37,916 bases of DNA from Octopus bimaculoides (taxonomy: Eukaryota). The notes beneath the pieces are model-generated. The model was not told where the DNA came from. It saw nothing but the letters and a program-made list of their open reading frames with translations, and made no database searches. The DNA is taken from the NCBI RefSeq assembly GCF_001194135.2, contig NC_068982.1, positions 125,134,906 to 125,172,821 of the forward strand, given 5' to 3'. The translations under genes were made by a program, and so were the position numbers. Of this stretch, positions 1 to 11,592 are shown piece by piece (positions within the stretch are counted from its first letter, which is position 1; every line of letters begins with the position of its first letter).

Positions 1-352
1 ATATATATATATATATGTATATATATGTAGCTTAAAAGCCACACTCCATGTGGACTTTTAAGCTAGCTCCTGCAGAGGGCTAATTGGGCTTGTGACCTAA
101 TACTAAAGAGAGCTAAATAGTATGACTACAATATGTTTATAATGACTGTATGCCCCAGTGGTGTTTGATCAGAGGTTAAGGACAGATGAGAATTAATTCT
201 GTAAAGCAATCATTCTATTGTTCCAGTCCCAAGTTGAATTCCAACTGTTGGCCAACTGTTGAATTCCAACTGTTCCATAGTTCTTATCATGATGTAAAAT
301 TAATGAAGCAAATGTCATTTATTTCCTCCTTGATCTATGACTTCATCTGACA

Positions 353-940
353 AACCCATGCTAGCATGGGTTGGACGATTTGACTGAGGACTGGCGAACC
401 AGATGGTTGCACCAGGCTCCAATCTGATTTGGCAGAGTTTCTACTGCTGGATACCCTTCCTAACGCCAACCACTCTGAGAGTGTAGTGGGTGCTTTTATG
501 TGCCACTGTCACAAAGGCCAGTCAGGTGGTACTGGCAATGGCCACGCTCAAAATGGTGCATTTTACGTGCCACCTGCACAGGAGCCAGTCCAGCAGCATT
601 GGCAATAACCTCACTCGAATGGGGGTTTTTTCGTGCCACCGGCACAAGTGCCAGCAAGGCAATGCTGGTAACAATCATGCTCAAATGGTGCTTTTCACAT
701 GCCACCGGCATGGAAGACAGACAGCTGCTCTGGCAATGATCATGCTCGAATGGTGCTGTTAGTGCTCCACTGGCATGAGTGCCAGTCATTGAATTTGGTT
801 CAATTTCAATTTCACTTGCCCCAACAGGTCTTCACAAGCAGAGTTTAGTGTCCGAAGGAAAGGTTGGCATGGGTGCCAGTCGTCGAATTTGGTTCGATTT
901 TAATTTTGATTTCACTTGCCTCAACAGGTCTTTGCAAGTG
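353..940 (-). mobile_element. SINE-like element, family C (RTE-type tail), with an internal array of ~72-bp units
   Basis: Reverse complement of the recurrent GGTTGGCGTTAGGAAGGGCATCC...AACCCATGCTAGCATGG module. About four ~72-bp units lie at 490-790. Confidence 0.8.
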
Positions 941-1124
941 AATTTGAAAAATTATATAAAGGTTCCAAGACAAAATAAGTTTGGGAACTAATGCCTTATA
1001 GCAGTGAAGGGGATGTTCAGAACTTTTACATCACATTTTGAGATGTTGGAAGGGGATATTTAGAACAACAGTTGGCAAGGAAATACAAAATACTCTCATG
1101 TTTCCCTGTTATGGTAGCTACAAA

Positions 1125-1300
1125 TGAATGAATGAATGAGAGAGAGAGAGAGATAAATACAGAGAGAGAGATATATATAAATACAGAGAGAGAGAGAGAG
1201 ATGCAGAAAGAGAGAGAGATATATACACAGAGAGAGATATATATATACACAGAAAGAGAGAGACAGATATGCAGAAGGAGAGAGACAGAGAGAAGGAGAA
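1125..1300. repeat. Compound (GAAT)/(GA)/(TA) microsatellite
   Basis: Directly visible. Confidence 0.95.
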
Positions 1301-1775
1301 AGAGTTGGTCAACAGCTGTTCCTTATAAAGAGTTTTTGTATTTTGTTGATTTAGTAACTTAATTACTAATAACAACATAAATCATTTTTACAACTCTATA
1401 ACATTACAAATCAATTAAAATTCTGTTCTTCTTGTGTCCATTTCCCTAATTGATATAAATTACAAAGTTTTACAACTTCATGTGTTTATGCAACAGATGT
1501 TTCACTGTTAGTTGATGTCTTTTATAATATAATTCTTTGTTTCATAAAATAGAATTAGTGTCCACTTTGCAACTAAAGTAACCATTTAGCATAAAAGATT
1601 TACATTTATAAGCTTAGAGAAGACATTTGATATGATCCTATTTACATTGAGAAAAGGAGAAGGTTACGTGTAAGAGCACTAGGAATATTTATTTTTCCAG
1701 AATTGACTCAGTATCAACATTGAGTTTAATCATGAATTTTGTATTCTCTTATGACTTCATTCAGGTATGCTTTAT

Positions 1776-2176
1776 GTGTGTTGTGTGTGTGTGTGTTGGC
1801 ACTCTGTCGCTTACGACGTCGAGGGTGCCAGTTGATCCTATCAACGGAACAGCCTGCTCGTGAAATTAACGTGCAAGTGGCTGAGCACTCCACAGACACG
1901 TTGTACCCTCAATATAGTTCTCAGGGGTATTCAGCGTGACACAGTGTGACAAGGCTGACCCTTTGAATTACGGGCACAACAGAAACAGGAAGTAAGAGTG
2001 AGAGAAAATTGTGGTGGAAGAGTACAGCAGGGTTCGCCACCATCCCCTGCTGGAGCCTCGTGGAGCTTTTAGATGTTTTCGCTCAATAAACACTCACAAC
2101 GCCCGGTCTGGGAATCGAAACCGCGATCCTATGACCTCGAGTCTGCTGCCCTAACCACTGGGCCATTGCGCCTCCA
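1776..2176 (-). mobile_element. tRNA-derived SINE, family D, full length with 14-bp TSD
   Basis: Minus strand starts TGGAGGCGCAATGGCCCAGTGGTTAGG, with a B box GGTTTCGATTCC. TSD CAGGTATGCTTTAT at 1762-1775 and 2177-2190. Close sister copy at 22203-22588. Confidence 0.92.
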
Positions 2177-2514
2177 CAGGTATGCTTTATAGGCATGTTA
2201 AATTGAACACAATACTCAAGTGGCATTTTATTTTAGCTATCCTGGAAGGATGAACAAGCTGTCTCCAATGATATTTGAAATGAGAAATTTTAACAGCTAT
2301 GACTAAATACAGCTGCATTTTGTCCATTGCTAAGATGATTCCACCAATCTATTGAAGGTTTTTTTTTGGGGGGTCCTTCAAGGATTCACTTGTTTGGGGG
2401 ATGGAATTGACGATGCATTTAGTATAGGGCCTGAAGGATCAGAACCAATAGTACATTGTGTTCAGATGAGGAGAGTATTCAGTGATATAAAACGGGCTGA
2501 GGCTATTTTCATCT

Positions 2515-2905
2515 TTTACTTGTTTCAGTTATTGGACTGAGACTGTGCTAGAGCACTGCCTTGAAGGCCTTAGCCAAACAAATCTACCTTAGTCCTGATT
2601 TTTTAAAGTCTAATACTTATTTTATCAGCTGTCTATGCTGTACTGTTAACTTATGAGGACATAAACAAACCAATGCTGGTTGTCAAGTGGTAGTGGAAGG
2701 ACAAACACAGGCATACACACACACTCGTATATAATAGACTTCTGCACATTTTACATCTACCAAGTTCAATCACAAGGCTTTAGTCAGCCTGGGGTTATAT
2801 AGTGGTAGTGGAAGACACTTGCTGAAGGTGCTGTGCAGTGTAACTGAACCCAGAACCACATGGTTGCAAGGTGAACTTCTTAACTACACAACAATGACTG
2901 TGCCA
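2515..2905 (-). mobile_element. CORE-like tRNA SINE, family A, diverged
   Basis: Same modules as 24360-24755 in reverse (GAAGACACTTG, CACAAGGCTTT, GTTTCAGT). Confidence 0.8.
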
Positions 2906-3379
2906 TTATTGAAACAACAGAAGAAACGCATAAGTTTTGCAGCTTTCCAGTGGTTGTAGAGAGTTAAGTAAATACAAAGATTAATAGTCTAGTTGTAGAG
3001 GTCATCTAAAATGTAGCTGTACTACATGTGCGATCAGTTTTCAAATGTATCATCTTTCCATAATAGTGCATGATTTATGTATTTCTCTTTGTTATGTTGT
3101 CGTAACTTGTGTACTTTTAATTGCTATTACATGTCATTAAAGTTTTTAGGCTGTGGTAAGGTTTGCAGTGCATTCATGAGCTGTAAGTTTCTTTGAAATG
3201 TCCAGTGATTTACTGCTATTAAATGAAATAATTTAGCATATCACTACTGTAGGATATTTTTGAAATCCCCATTTCATGGGCATTGTGCATATGACTTGTC
3301 TTCTAATAAGACTGTTTTCCCTGAGTCTATGATGATGTATATATTTTGATAGTTTTGCTTATCAGAATTTTTCCATTAT

Positions 3380-3845
3380 TGTTGCGCGAAGACTTGTTGG
3401 GGCAAATGAGATTGAAACTGAACCAAATTCGATGACTGGCACCCGTGCCAGTGGAGCACTAACAGCACCATCTGAGCAGGATCACTGCCAGAGCAGCTGA
3501 CTCGCTTCCGTGCCGGTGGCACGTAAAAAGCACCATTTGAGCGCGATCGTTTCCAGCTTCTCCTTACTGGCACTTGTGCCGGTGGCATGTGAACAAAACA
3601 TAAAAAAAACACCATTTGAGCATGGCCGTTGCCAGTACTGCCGGGCTGGCCCTCGTGCCAGTGGCACGTAAAAAGCACCCACAACACTCTCGGAGTGGTT
3701 GGCGTTAGGAAGGGCATCCAACTGTAGAAACTCTGCCAGATCAGATTGGAGTCTGGTGTAGCCATCTGGTTTGCCAGTCTCCAGTCATCGTCCAACCCAT
3801 GCTAGCATGGAAAGCGGACATTAAATGAAAATGATGATGATGCTG
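3380..3845 (+). mobile_element. Family C element with ~72-bp internal array and (GAT)n tail
   Basis: Reverse complement of the 353-940 copy. Ends CATGCTAGCATGGAAAGCGGACATTAAATG...GATGATGATG. Confidence 0.85.
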
Positions 3846-3974
3846 TTTGATATGGATGTCAAGAAAGATGAGAAGACAGAAACAGTCTGCATGAAGAGTA
3901 TTTGTATAAGGATGAAAGTAGAAAAATAAAATTTTCTATTGCATGCAGAGGAAATAATTATCATACTATTATTA

Positions 3975-4360
3975 TCACATCAGCATTTAACGCCCACTTC
4001 TTCATGCTTGTTGAGGCAGGTTTTCTACAACCAGATGCCCTTGTTGTTGCCAACCCTCACCTGTTTCCAAATAAGGTAATATTTCACCAGCATTAGACAT
4101 GTTTTCCATGGGAAATTGGAAACAAACAACATTCCTTGTATGATAGTGATGCTCATTCACAACCATTACGTGACATCAAGACAAGGCACACACACACACA
4201 CACACAAAAGCATGTGATTGGCTTCTTTTAGTTTCCATCTAACAAATCTATTCACAAGGTTTTGGTCAGCCCAGTGATATAGTAAAACTCACTTGCCCAA
4301 AGGTACTGAACTCAAGACCACATGGTTAAGAAGCAAACATCTTAACCACACAGCCACTCT
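3975..4360 (-). mobile_element. Composite SINE: family A head, (CA)n, family C-type tail
   Basis: 4210-4360 matches the A head. 3975-4185 matches the variant tail also seen at 33920-34140 and 14330-14500. Confidence 0.65.
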
Positions 4361-4478
4361 GTTTTTTGTCAGTAGTTTGTTATAGCTATAGAAACAGTGT
4401 TTTATATTCTGTAATCTAAATCTCGTACTAATAGAGGCTATAGTAGTTTTAGAACTCAGTGCTGAGTCAAAATGGTAA

Positions 4479-6052
4479 TCTTACTATAATTGGTCTTATG
4501 TCCACCCGTCCGTCACCTTTTCATGGCCAAACGACTGGTCACACTTTCACGAAACTTCACAGTCTTACTAAGGACGTCTTGAGAATGGTTTATATCATGT
4601 TTAAAAAATTTTATTGGAAAGACTTGCTACACTGCTTTGATTCATACAAAACTAAAGAAGCCATTTCCGTATACTTAAATAAAAATACATAAAGTGTGTG
4701 AGACACACAGACAGAGAGAGAAAGGCAGAGAAAAATACAGACACACAGAAACAGAAAGCCACACTGTGTGTGTGTGTGTACGCGTTTTCTTTTACTCCAT
4801 CAACACATTGATGGGATGTGCAAAACAGAAAGTGTGTGACAGAGAGAGACAGACAGACAGAGAAAGAGAGAGCGAGAGATAGACAGACAGACATATATAT
4901 AGAGAGAGAGAAAAACGGACATACAGAGAAAAATAGAAAAACAGACAGACAGAGAGAGAAAAAGGCAGTGTGTGTGCCTGTGCATGTGTGTGTGTGCGTT
5001 TCATTTAACCCCATCAATGCACTTCCTCTACAACGATGTCAATTTGGTACAGCACCCAGGACAAAAAATAAATAAATAAAAACAATTATGTTAATGACCA
5101 CATGATTAACAACTTTTCAGGAGAAAGTTGACAATATCTAAGTTTGGACACTATAGTCGATGGAAATTATCACCAGTATCCACAGGATTTCCTTAACAAC
5201 TTGAATCCATTGGAACTACCTATGCATAGGATCTCACTGTAAAAGTACTCTCCTACAATGCTACTACAAAATTTTGACCCTGCCAATGGACATTGCAACG
5301 GAACAAGATACACCATCATGCAACTCAATTCTCACGTCACCGAAGCAGTGATAGCGATTGGCCCTCACAGTGGTAAGCGCTTGTTCATACCTCGGTTACC
5401 ACTGGTACCCTCTGACAACCGGTTTCCCTTCCAATTACGGCACAGGCAGTTTCCCATCAAACTAGCCTTCTCATTCACATCTAACAAGTCTCGGGGCCAG
5501 ACTTTAGATCATGTTTCTACCCACTCTGGTGTTTGCACATGGCCAGTTCTTTGTCGCTATGAGCAGAGCAACGGACTCAGCTAATTTGAAAATTAGTGTT
5601 GATCAAACACAAAATATCATTTACAAAGAAGTTTTGTAAACCTAATAATATCATGAATATGTACTATGTAAAGCTGTACATAAGTATAATCAAAACCGAA
5701 CGTTATTTATATTTTGTTACATTTCCCATGCCATATATCAGTATAAATACAGTCATACTTAAAGTTGTTATTATTTTCCACCCTTTAAGGCAGCAAGCTG
5801 GCAGAATCATTGGCACGCCGGGCAAAATGATTAACGGTATTTCATCTGTCTTTACGTTCTGAGTTCAAATTCCGCTGAGGTCGACTTTGCCTTTCATCCT
5901 TTCGGGGTCAATAAATTAAGTACCAGTTGCATACTGGGGTTGATCTAATCGACTGGCCCCCTCCCCCAAAATTTCGGGCCTTGTGCCTAGAGTAGAAAAG
6001 ATTATTTCCCACCCTCCTTTCATTTCCCATTGTAGATGGGTAGGCTTGCTAG
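4479..6052 (+). mobile_element. Internally deleted Helitron with both termini and a PIF1 helicase C-terminal remnant
   Basis: 5' end A^TCTTACTATAAT...GTCCGTCAC...GGCCAAACG. The degraded helicase at ~5050-5640 reads MLLQNFDPANGHCNGTR...LFIPRLPL...FPFQLRHRQFPIKLAFSFTSNKSRGQTL, then after a frameshift VFAHGQFFVAMSR...NIIYKEVL*. The 3' hairpin CCCAT-TGTAG-ATGGG (6026-6040) is followed 8 nt later by CTAG^T (6049-6053). Confidence 0.9.
5785..6000 (+). mobile_element. tRNA SINE, family B, nested in the Helitron with a 15-bp TSD
   Basis: TSD ATTATTT(T/C)CCACCCT at 5770-5784 and 6001-6015. Body contains GAGTTCAAATTCC (B box) and GCCTTTCATCCTTTCGGGGTCAATAAATTAAGTACCAG. Confidence 0.9.
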
Positions 6053-6466
6053 TATTCATAACTGATTAATGTTGTGAATTTCCCATGGTTTTAAAACGAA
6101 TCCAATAAATGTTTTCTAAATGCTGCTGAGACAAAATATTTTTTCATTAAGAGTCAATTAGTTTTCTGGGAAAAGTTTCACCATCTCTTCTTTATCAATC
6201 AAACTAATGCTCTTCTTTGGAATGAGTGAAATATGATTGTTTCTTTACTGCTTTTCCTTGACCAATTCATGCATGTTTTTTTTTTTTTTCTTTACAGTTA
6301 ACTTTCATCCTCTATTTGAATGACATGCCTAAACTAGCATAAGTTTACCTTTCATTGTATTTATGTTGGTACTATTAATATTGAATCGTATTCTTAGTCT
6401 ACTCGCTTGCACTGCAGATAACTTTGTTGCACATTACTGTGCTATGGCTGCCCATGTTTCAAATTA

Positions 6467-6686
6467 TGAGGGGGTGCTGAAAAGTTCCTGGCTTTAAGGG
6501 TATTGCGAAAGGCCTGGTTGGAGGCCCAACCTTTTGAGTTCTTTTACAGGGCTTAGAAAAACTGAAGGACCCCTGCAATAAGTGCGTGAATCTGAGAATG
6601 AAATATGTTGAATAAAAAATCATAATTAACTGATCCTCCTGTATTTTCTTTTACCCAAAACCAGGAGCTTTTCAGCACCCACCTCG
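6467..6686 (+). mobile_element. Mariner-derived MITE, 220 bp
   Basis: TA flanks and terminal inverted repeats (T/C)GAGG(G)GGTGCTGAAAAG(T/C)TCCTGG. The interior encodes the transposase C-terminal remnant QGLEKLKDPCNKCVNLRMKYVE*. Confidence 0.88.
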
Positions 6687-6920
6687 TATATAGCAGATTA
6701 CCTTTGCACATCTACCAAACCATATATATTTCATTCTTCCCTAGTTACTTTACGCCTTCAGATATTACCCATTCTCATTTCCATTGAGGATTAGATTCTC
6801 TATCATACAGCTTGGCCCTCAAAACAAGAAACCTTTTCTATATTTAGAATTCTCAGAATGGATAGAATTTCTGCCTCCTAACTTACAACTAATGTTACTT
6901 TTTATCTGGCTTTCTGCATT

Positions 6921-7146
6921 CACTCTTTAGCATTTAAACCAGCCATATATGCCCCAAATATTCTACTTGTTTTATGTTCAAACTGGCCAGATCTGACCTC
7001 TCACTCCTTCTCTACAATGTTATTCTACAGAAAAAAAACAACCACATCATCAAAATCTTGATGCTATAATATAATGTATGATTAATTCAAAACAATGTTA
7101 ATAAATAAGCAGAACATTTGACAGTAATCTGAATGCTAAATGGTGA
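6921..7146 (+). mobile_element. piggyBac-type (TTAA) MITE, family F
   Basis: Family consensus ends TTAACCCTTTAGCATT...AATGCTAAAGGGTTAA, deduced from five copies in the window. Strand is arbitrary. Confidence 0.75.
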
Positions 7147-7399
7147 AGCATGATGTAAAGATAAAAGAAATTACTTATTACCTTAAACAAATCATCCTGA
7201 AATCTCTCGACCAATAGTTATCCAATGTAGCTTATGCACCTAAAGTCATGACTCCCAGTCAGTCCACCAGATATCTGACTGTGTTTCCTATGAACTCATT
7301 TATTTTGTCTACACAGCACTGAATTCTCCCATTTACATTTATCCTACATTCCCTGTTGCTATCATAATGCTGTGGCATCTGCTGCTAAGTTCCATACTA

Positions 7400-7530
7400 T
7401 GAGTGGGTGCTGAAAAGTTCCTGGCTTTGGGTAACACATTCCCCTCTCGAGTTCACACACTTATTGCAACAGTCCTTCAGTTTTTTTAAGCCCTGTAAAA
7501 GAACTCAGACAGTTGGACCTTTTCAGCATT
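7400..7530 (-). mobile_element. Partial inverted copy of the mariner MITE
   Basis: Same TIR (GGGTGCTGAAAAGTTCCTGGCTTT) followed by the reverse complement of the 6530-6600 interior. Confidence 0.8.
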
Positions 7531-7544
7531 CATTCATATTCTTT

Positions 7545-7865
7545 GTTATATTAACTTCCTCCTTTGTCTTGACTCTATTTTACCAGGTTTCAAACTTTCT
7601 CAGCATATTTTCGAGAGATTTTGCTGTGACTAAAAGTTGTCAATACACAGAAGTTTTCAAAGGCAATCAGTTCTTGAACTGTTTTGTAATGAGTTCTTGA
7701 TCTGTAACGAATGGAAGAGTACAGGATAAAAACAGGGTGAATGCTTAGCTGTATACTAAATTCCTCACTATGTCCACCACCAACCTTCACCTCACTTTTG
7801 GAATGCTTACACATGATTTCAATAATCTTTATATGCAATTCTTCCACTGCAGGCATTCTCATTCC
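7545..7865 (-). pseudogene. Degraded RTE-clade LINE reverse transcriptase fragment
   Basis: SKSEVKVGGGHSEEFSIQLSIH resembles the VRVG...SEEF.V.VGVHQGS motif. After a frameshift, SRTDCL*KLLCIDNF resembles the GCPWELLYADDL motif. Confidence 0.7.
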
Positions 7866-8934
7866 CTACAAATGATTAAATTCTTTATTGTAGTAGTCTT
7901 TTAACTTCTCTCAGCAAAGAACAGACAATTCTATATTGCATTTGTTGATTACTTTTGCCTTTGTCTCACTAGAAATAGCATTGCCTGGAATGCTTTCAAA
8001 ATCACATCATCTGGATTCACCCTTACCTTTATAAATTTGCAATAACTCTTAAAAATTCTATAATTAATTTCTAAGCACATCAACCTTTTTCTTTATAGTT
8101 GTTGAAAATTGTACTATCCTGCACAATTGTATTGGCTGTCTAGTTGATTAATGTAGTGCCTAACTACCCTGCAGATTGTAGCATCACAGTAATGGACTCA
8201 CATTTTTTTCCAGCTTAATTTTTTGAAATTTATTTACTTAGCATTCCTATGTTGGTTGTACAGAGACTTGCTCCCCCCCCCTCTCTCTCTCTACATATGT
8301 GTACATATATGTATGATATTTGTGATTTGCAACAGATCAGCATTAATTCAAATTAGTGATCTGTATATCATAAAAGCATAGATATTATTGAAATCCTTCT
8401 AAACTACAATACAAATCGTCTGTTACTGAGGTATAATGTTAAAAACATTATTTCTGTGTCTTGTAACACTATATATCTAATAAGATGCTTTCTTGAGACA
8501 AACACTGCAGCTTTATAAAGCTTTCATCAGTATATATGCTTTAAGTATGATATACAGATTGTATGTATAATTTAAATTTAGTTGTTTTGTCAATCTTTCA
8601 TCCAGGCATTTTGAAAATGAATTGTGTTAGGTACATTTCTTTCCACTGATGTCTTGATTTTTTTTTTTCTTACACACTGCCTTATATTTCTAAATACTTC
8701 ATGCCTTTTGCTCTCACAGTAGTAACCATTACTAAATAGCTTCCAGACTAAATAATGAAATGGTAATTCTTAGAAATGAAACCAAATTCAGTTCTAACTT
8801 ATGCAAGAAATCGACTATGCTTATGCTTTAGGTATTCTGAATGCTATGACAATTGTTGTGGAGGCGCACAATTTTTAGTACTTGCTGGATCTGGAAAAAG
8901 GGGCAGTACACTTTTGCAGGCTTTTGCAGGTCCT

Positions 8935-9300
8935 CTCAGATCAATGAGGTTGATGCTATTAATGTTCCTTTTAACCTTTGTGAGTCAATACCTGTTAGAA
9001 AGACATGAGCAGAGAGTGAATTTCAGAGTGGATATGTTATGGGAAAGAAGAATGGCTATGGTGATTTGTATGGTATCTGGGAGTTGGACACAGTGAGGGT
9101 GATGGAAAGAGAAAGGATGAGCTGGTTTGGAATGCTTGAGTGGGATTCACACAAGTCCTGCTAGCTCTGAAGAGTAGTGGCCTTTATAGTAGTGGTGGTG
9201 GAAAATACAAGATAGAGGGTACATCATACCTGCTGGTTGGAGGATGGGGTATGTCTGTAAAGGACTTTATGCCAATCTCTTGTGTGAACTAATTTTTTAA
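8935..9300 (-). mobile_element. Degraded LINE 3' end (CR1/Jockey/I-like ORF2 C-terminus)
   Basis: With frameshifts the minus strand reads IGIKSFTD..., HYSSELAGLV*IPLKHS...HPHCVQLP, then FFPITYPL*NSLSAHVF. These match the typical C.SEL..L.P / FFPRT..LWNSLP..VF ORF2 tail. Confidence 0.65.
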
Positions 9301-9509
9301 TTTTTTATTTATATCAAGAACCCGAGTAACCATGAGGAAACTGATGATGACAATGATAGTGATTTCTGATATTAGTAGCGTAGGAAAGAAGGAGTTCACA
9401 TATCCTCAAGTTCTATGATGCATCAAGATCCAGAGGCCTGATGCATTTTCAGACTATGATAAATAAAAGTATTGTCTTGAGTTCTAGTACTCATACAACT
9501 GGTTACCCA

Positions 9510-9688
9510 GTTTCTTTGGTGTGTCAGTGACTGAGATCACAACATTCCCTCTGATTGGGATGCCAGCTGATTTACAGCCGAGTGGACTGGAGCAATGTGA
9601 AATGAAGTGCATTGTTCAAGAGTATAATGCATCACCCAGTCTGGGAATCAAACCCATAATCTTACAATTACGAGTACAACAACATCCT
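9510..9688 (-). mobile_element. CORE-like SINE, family E, partial
   Basis: GAGTGGACTGGAGCAATGTGAAATGAAGTG shared with 37640-37914. Confidence 0.75.
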
Positions 9689-9689
9689 A

Positions 9690-10106
9690 ACCTCTGTCCC
9701 AGACTGGTAAACAAAAGATGGCCATTCTTTCTTCATGACAATGCTCAACTGCACGTTTCACTAATGATGCTCCAGAAGTTGAGGGAACTTTGCTACGAAG
9801 CTCTTCCCTATCCAGCTTATTCCTCAGACCTTTCTCATACTGATTACCACTTTTTCAAGCAATTTGATGGTTTCCTGTGAGAGGAGGAGTTTAGAATTCA
9901 AAGCAATGCTGAAAGTGCATTCAAAGAGTTCATCAGCTCCAGAACTCCAGATTTTTATGTTACCAGAATAAACAAACTTCTAACTCGTTGGCAAACAGTG
10001 TTGATTGTAATGGTACTTACTTTGATGAATAAAATTTCTGCATTGTTGAAATATATTGTGATGAATTTCATGTTTCAAAACGTTGCTTACTTTTTACTCA
10101 GCCTGA
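9690..10106 (+). mobile_element. Mariner 3' half, Hsmar1/SETMAR-like transposase pseudogene with right TIR
   Basis: LHDNAQLHV...LQKLRELCYEALPYPAYSSDLSHTDYHFFKQFDGFL*...AESAFKEFISSRTPDFYVTRINKLLTRWQ, then a frameshift to ..VDCNGTYFDE*. TIR-like AAAACGTTGCTTACTTTTTACTCAGCCTGA followed by TA. Confidence 0.9.
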
Positions 10107-10124
10107 TAACATTCCTTTCAGCTA

Positions 10125-10325
10125 TAGGCACAAAGACCGAAATTTTGCAGGAGGGGTATAGTTGATTACATTGACCCCCAGGGCTCAGCTGGCACTCATT
10201 TTATTGACCCTGAAAAGATGAAAGACAAAGTGAACCTCATCGGAATTTGAATTTGGAATGTAAATGCGGATAAAATACTACTTGGTATCTTGTCCAGTAT
10301 GCTAACAATTTTGCCAGCTCACCAT
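10125..10325 (-). mobile_element. Family B SINE
   Basis: Reverse complement of the 5785-6000 modules. Confidence 0.8.
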
Positions 10326-11592
10326 CTTAAATTATCAAGCAATTAATTTTGCTACAGTGTTACCTGCTCTTTTAGCAATGACAAGCTTAAGTACTACTAC
10401 TATTTACAAAAGCGGATTGAATTTTCTTTCTAAGTATGCATGATACCTTTTTCGCCCACATCTACTCTATTTGTCAACAGTTTTTATAATCTTGGATTAT
10501 TTTTCACAATAAAGTAAAAGAGAAAAGAAATTGTTTTCTAATGTCATTATACGAAACAAATTTATTGGTAAATATTCTGCAGATATTGATACAAAGAGTT
10601 AGACTAGACAATGACAGTATTGATGTGGACATATAGGAAACAAACAAACATTATGCAACAATATATTACCATTTTAATGCTGCCTTTCGTACGAGATATA
10701 TGATATTCAGAGAGGAAAATAAATAAATTATCTTTGCATGTTCATTAATAAAGAAAGTAATGTAAACAAAATTACAAAAAAAAACCTCAAAACCACTGAT
10801 GAATATGGTATTTGTTTATTGATGGTTGGGAGTGATTTGTGCATGATTTAGCATGTCAGTTATTCTATTTTTGTTTCTAATGTCTCTGAGATATAACTGA
10901 TATTGCTCTAGTGATTTTTTTTTTTTTTTTGCATGTGAAAGGGGCACTTATTTCCAGGTTTAATATTACAAACTCTTAAGTTACAGATTGATTAAATTTT
11001 ATAGTTTTTTGTTTTTTTTATCTCCTGCTATAGTTTTTACAATTTTTTTTTAAAGCTTTTTGAAGAATTTAAAATTTTGCTTTAAATGACTTTATAATTT
11101 AATTTAATTCATACTCTTGTTTGCTTTAATTTTGCTTTCAAGAAACATTAGCATTTTTGGGGGGTCTCTTTTTTCTTTTTTTTTTTGTATTATTATTTTT
11201 TAATACCAAATGTCATAATGTGCTTTTTTACTCTAACTCAATTATACATGATGGATTACTCATAACTAGCAAGAACTGACAATAAATTTTCTAGAGAATG
11301 TAATTGTCAAAATTTTAAAAAATTGTATGACACATGCAAAAAACATGGTGGATTAATAGTCATTAAAACATCATCCAAAATGTCTCTTTTGATTTAAGCA
11401 AGCTATTTGCATTTTCAATTCAGTTTCTGCCAAGGTTAACTTTGCTTCTCATTCTTCCAGGGTCGATAATTAAAGTACCAATCTGGAGCCATGAACTGGT
11501 GGAATTATTAAAGCATATGAGGAGTTGCTCTGCAATATTTGTTCTGGCTTCTTTGCACTCTGAATACAGCCTACCTAATCTAGTTCACAAAT

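Noticed and set aside
232-284. GTTGAATTCCAACTGTT direct repeat around a GTTGGCCAAC palindrome
   Set aside because: A short slippage duplication with no further supporting structure.
490-789. Overlapping Cys/His-rich ORFs on both strands, also at 3376-3795
   Set aside because: They translate the ~72-bp array inside the family C element and match no protein family I recognise.
490-790. CRISPR-like repeat array
   Set aside because: The context is eukaryotic, the units are degenerate along their whole length with no unique spacers, and no cas genes are present.
1776-2176. tRNA gene, also considered for the heads of families A, B and E
   Set aside because: A and B boxes are present, but the sequence continues into a SINE body with TSDs and I could not fold a complete cloverleaf.
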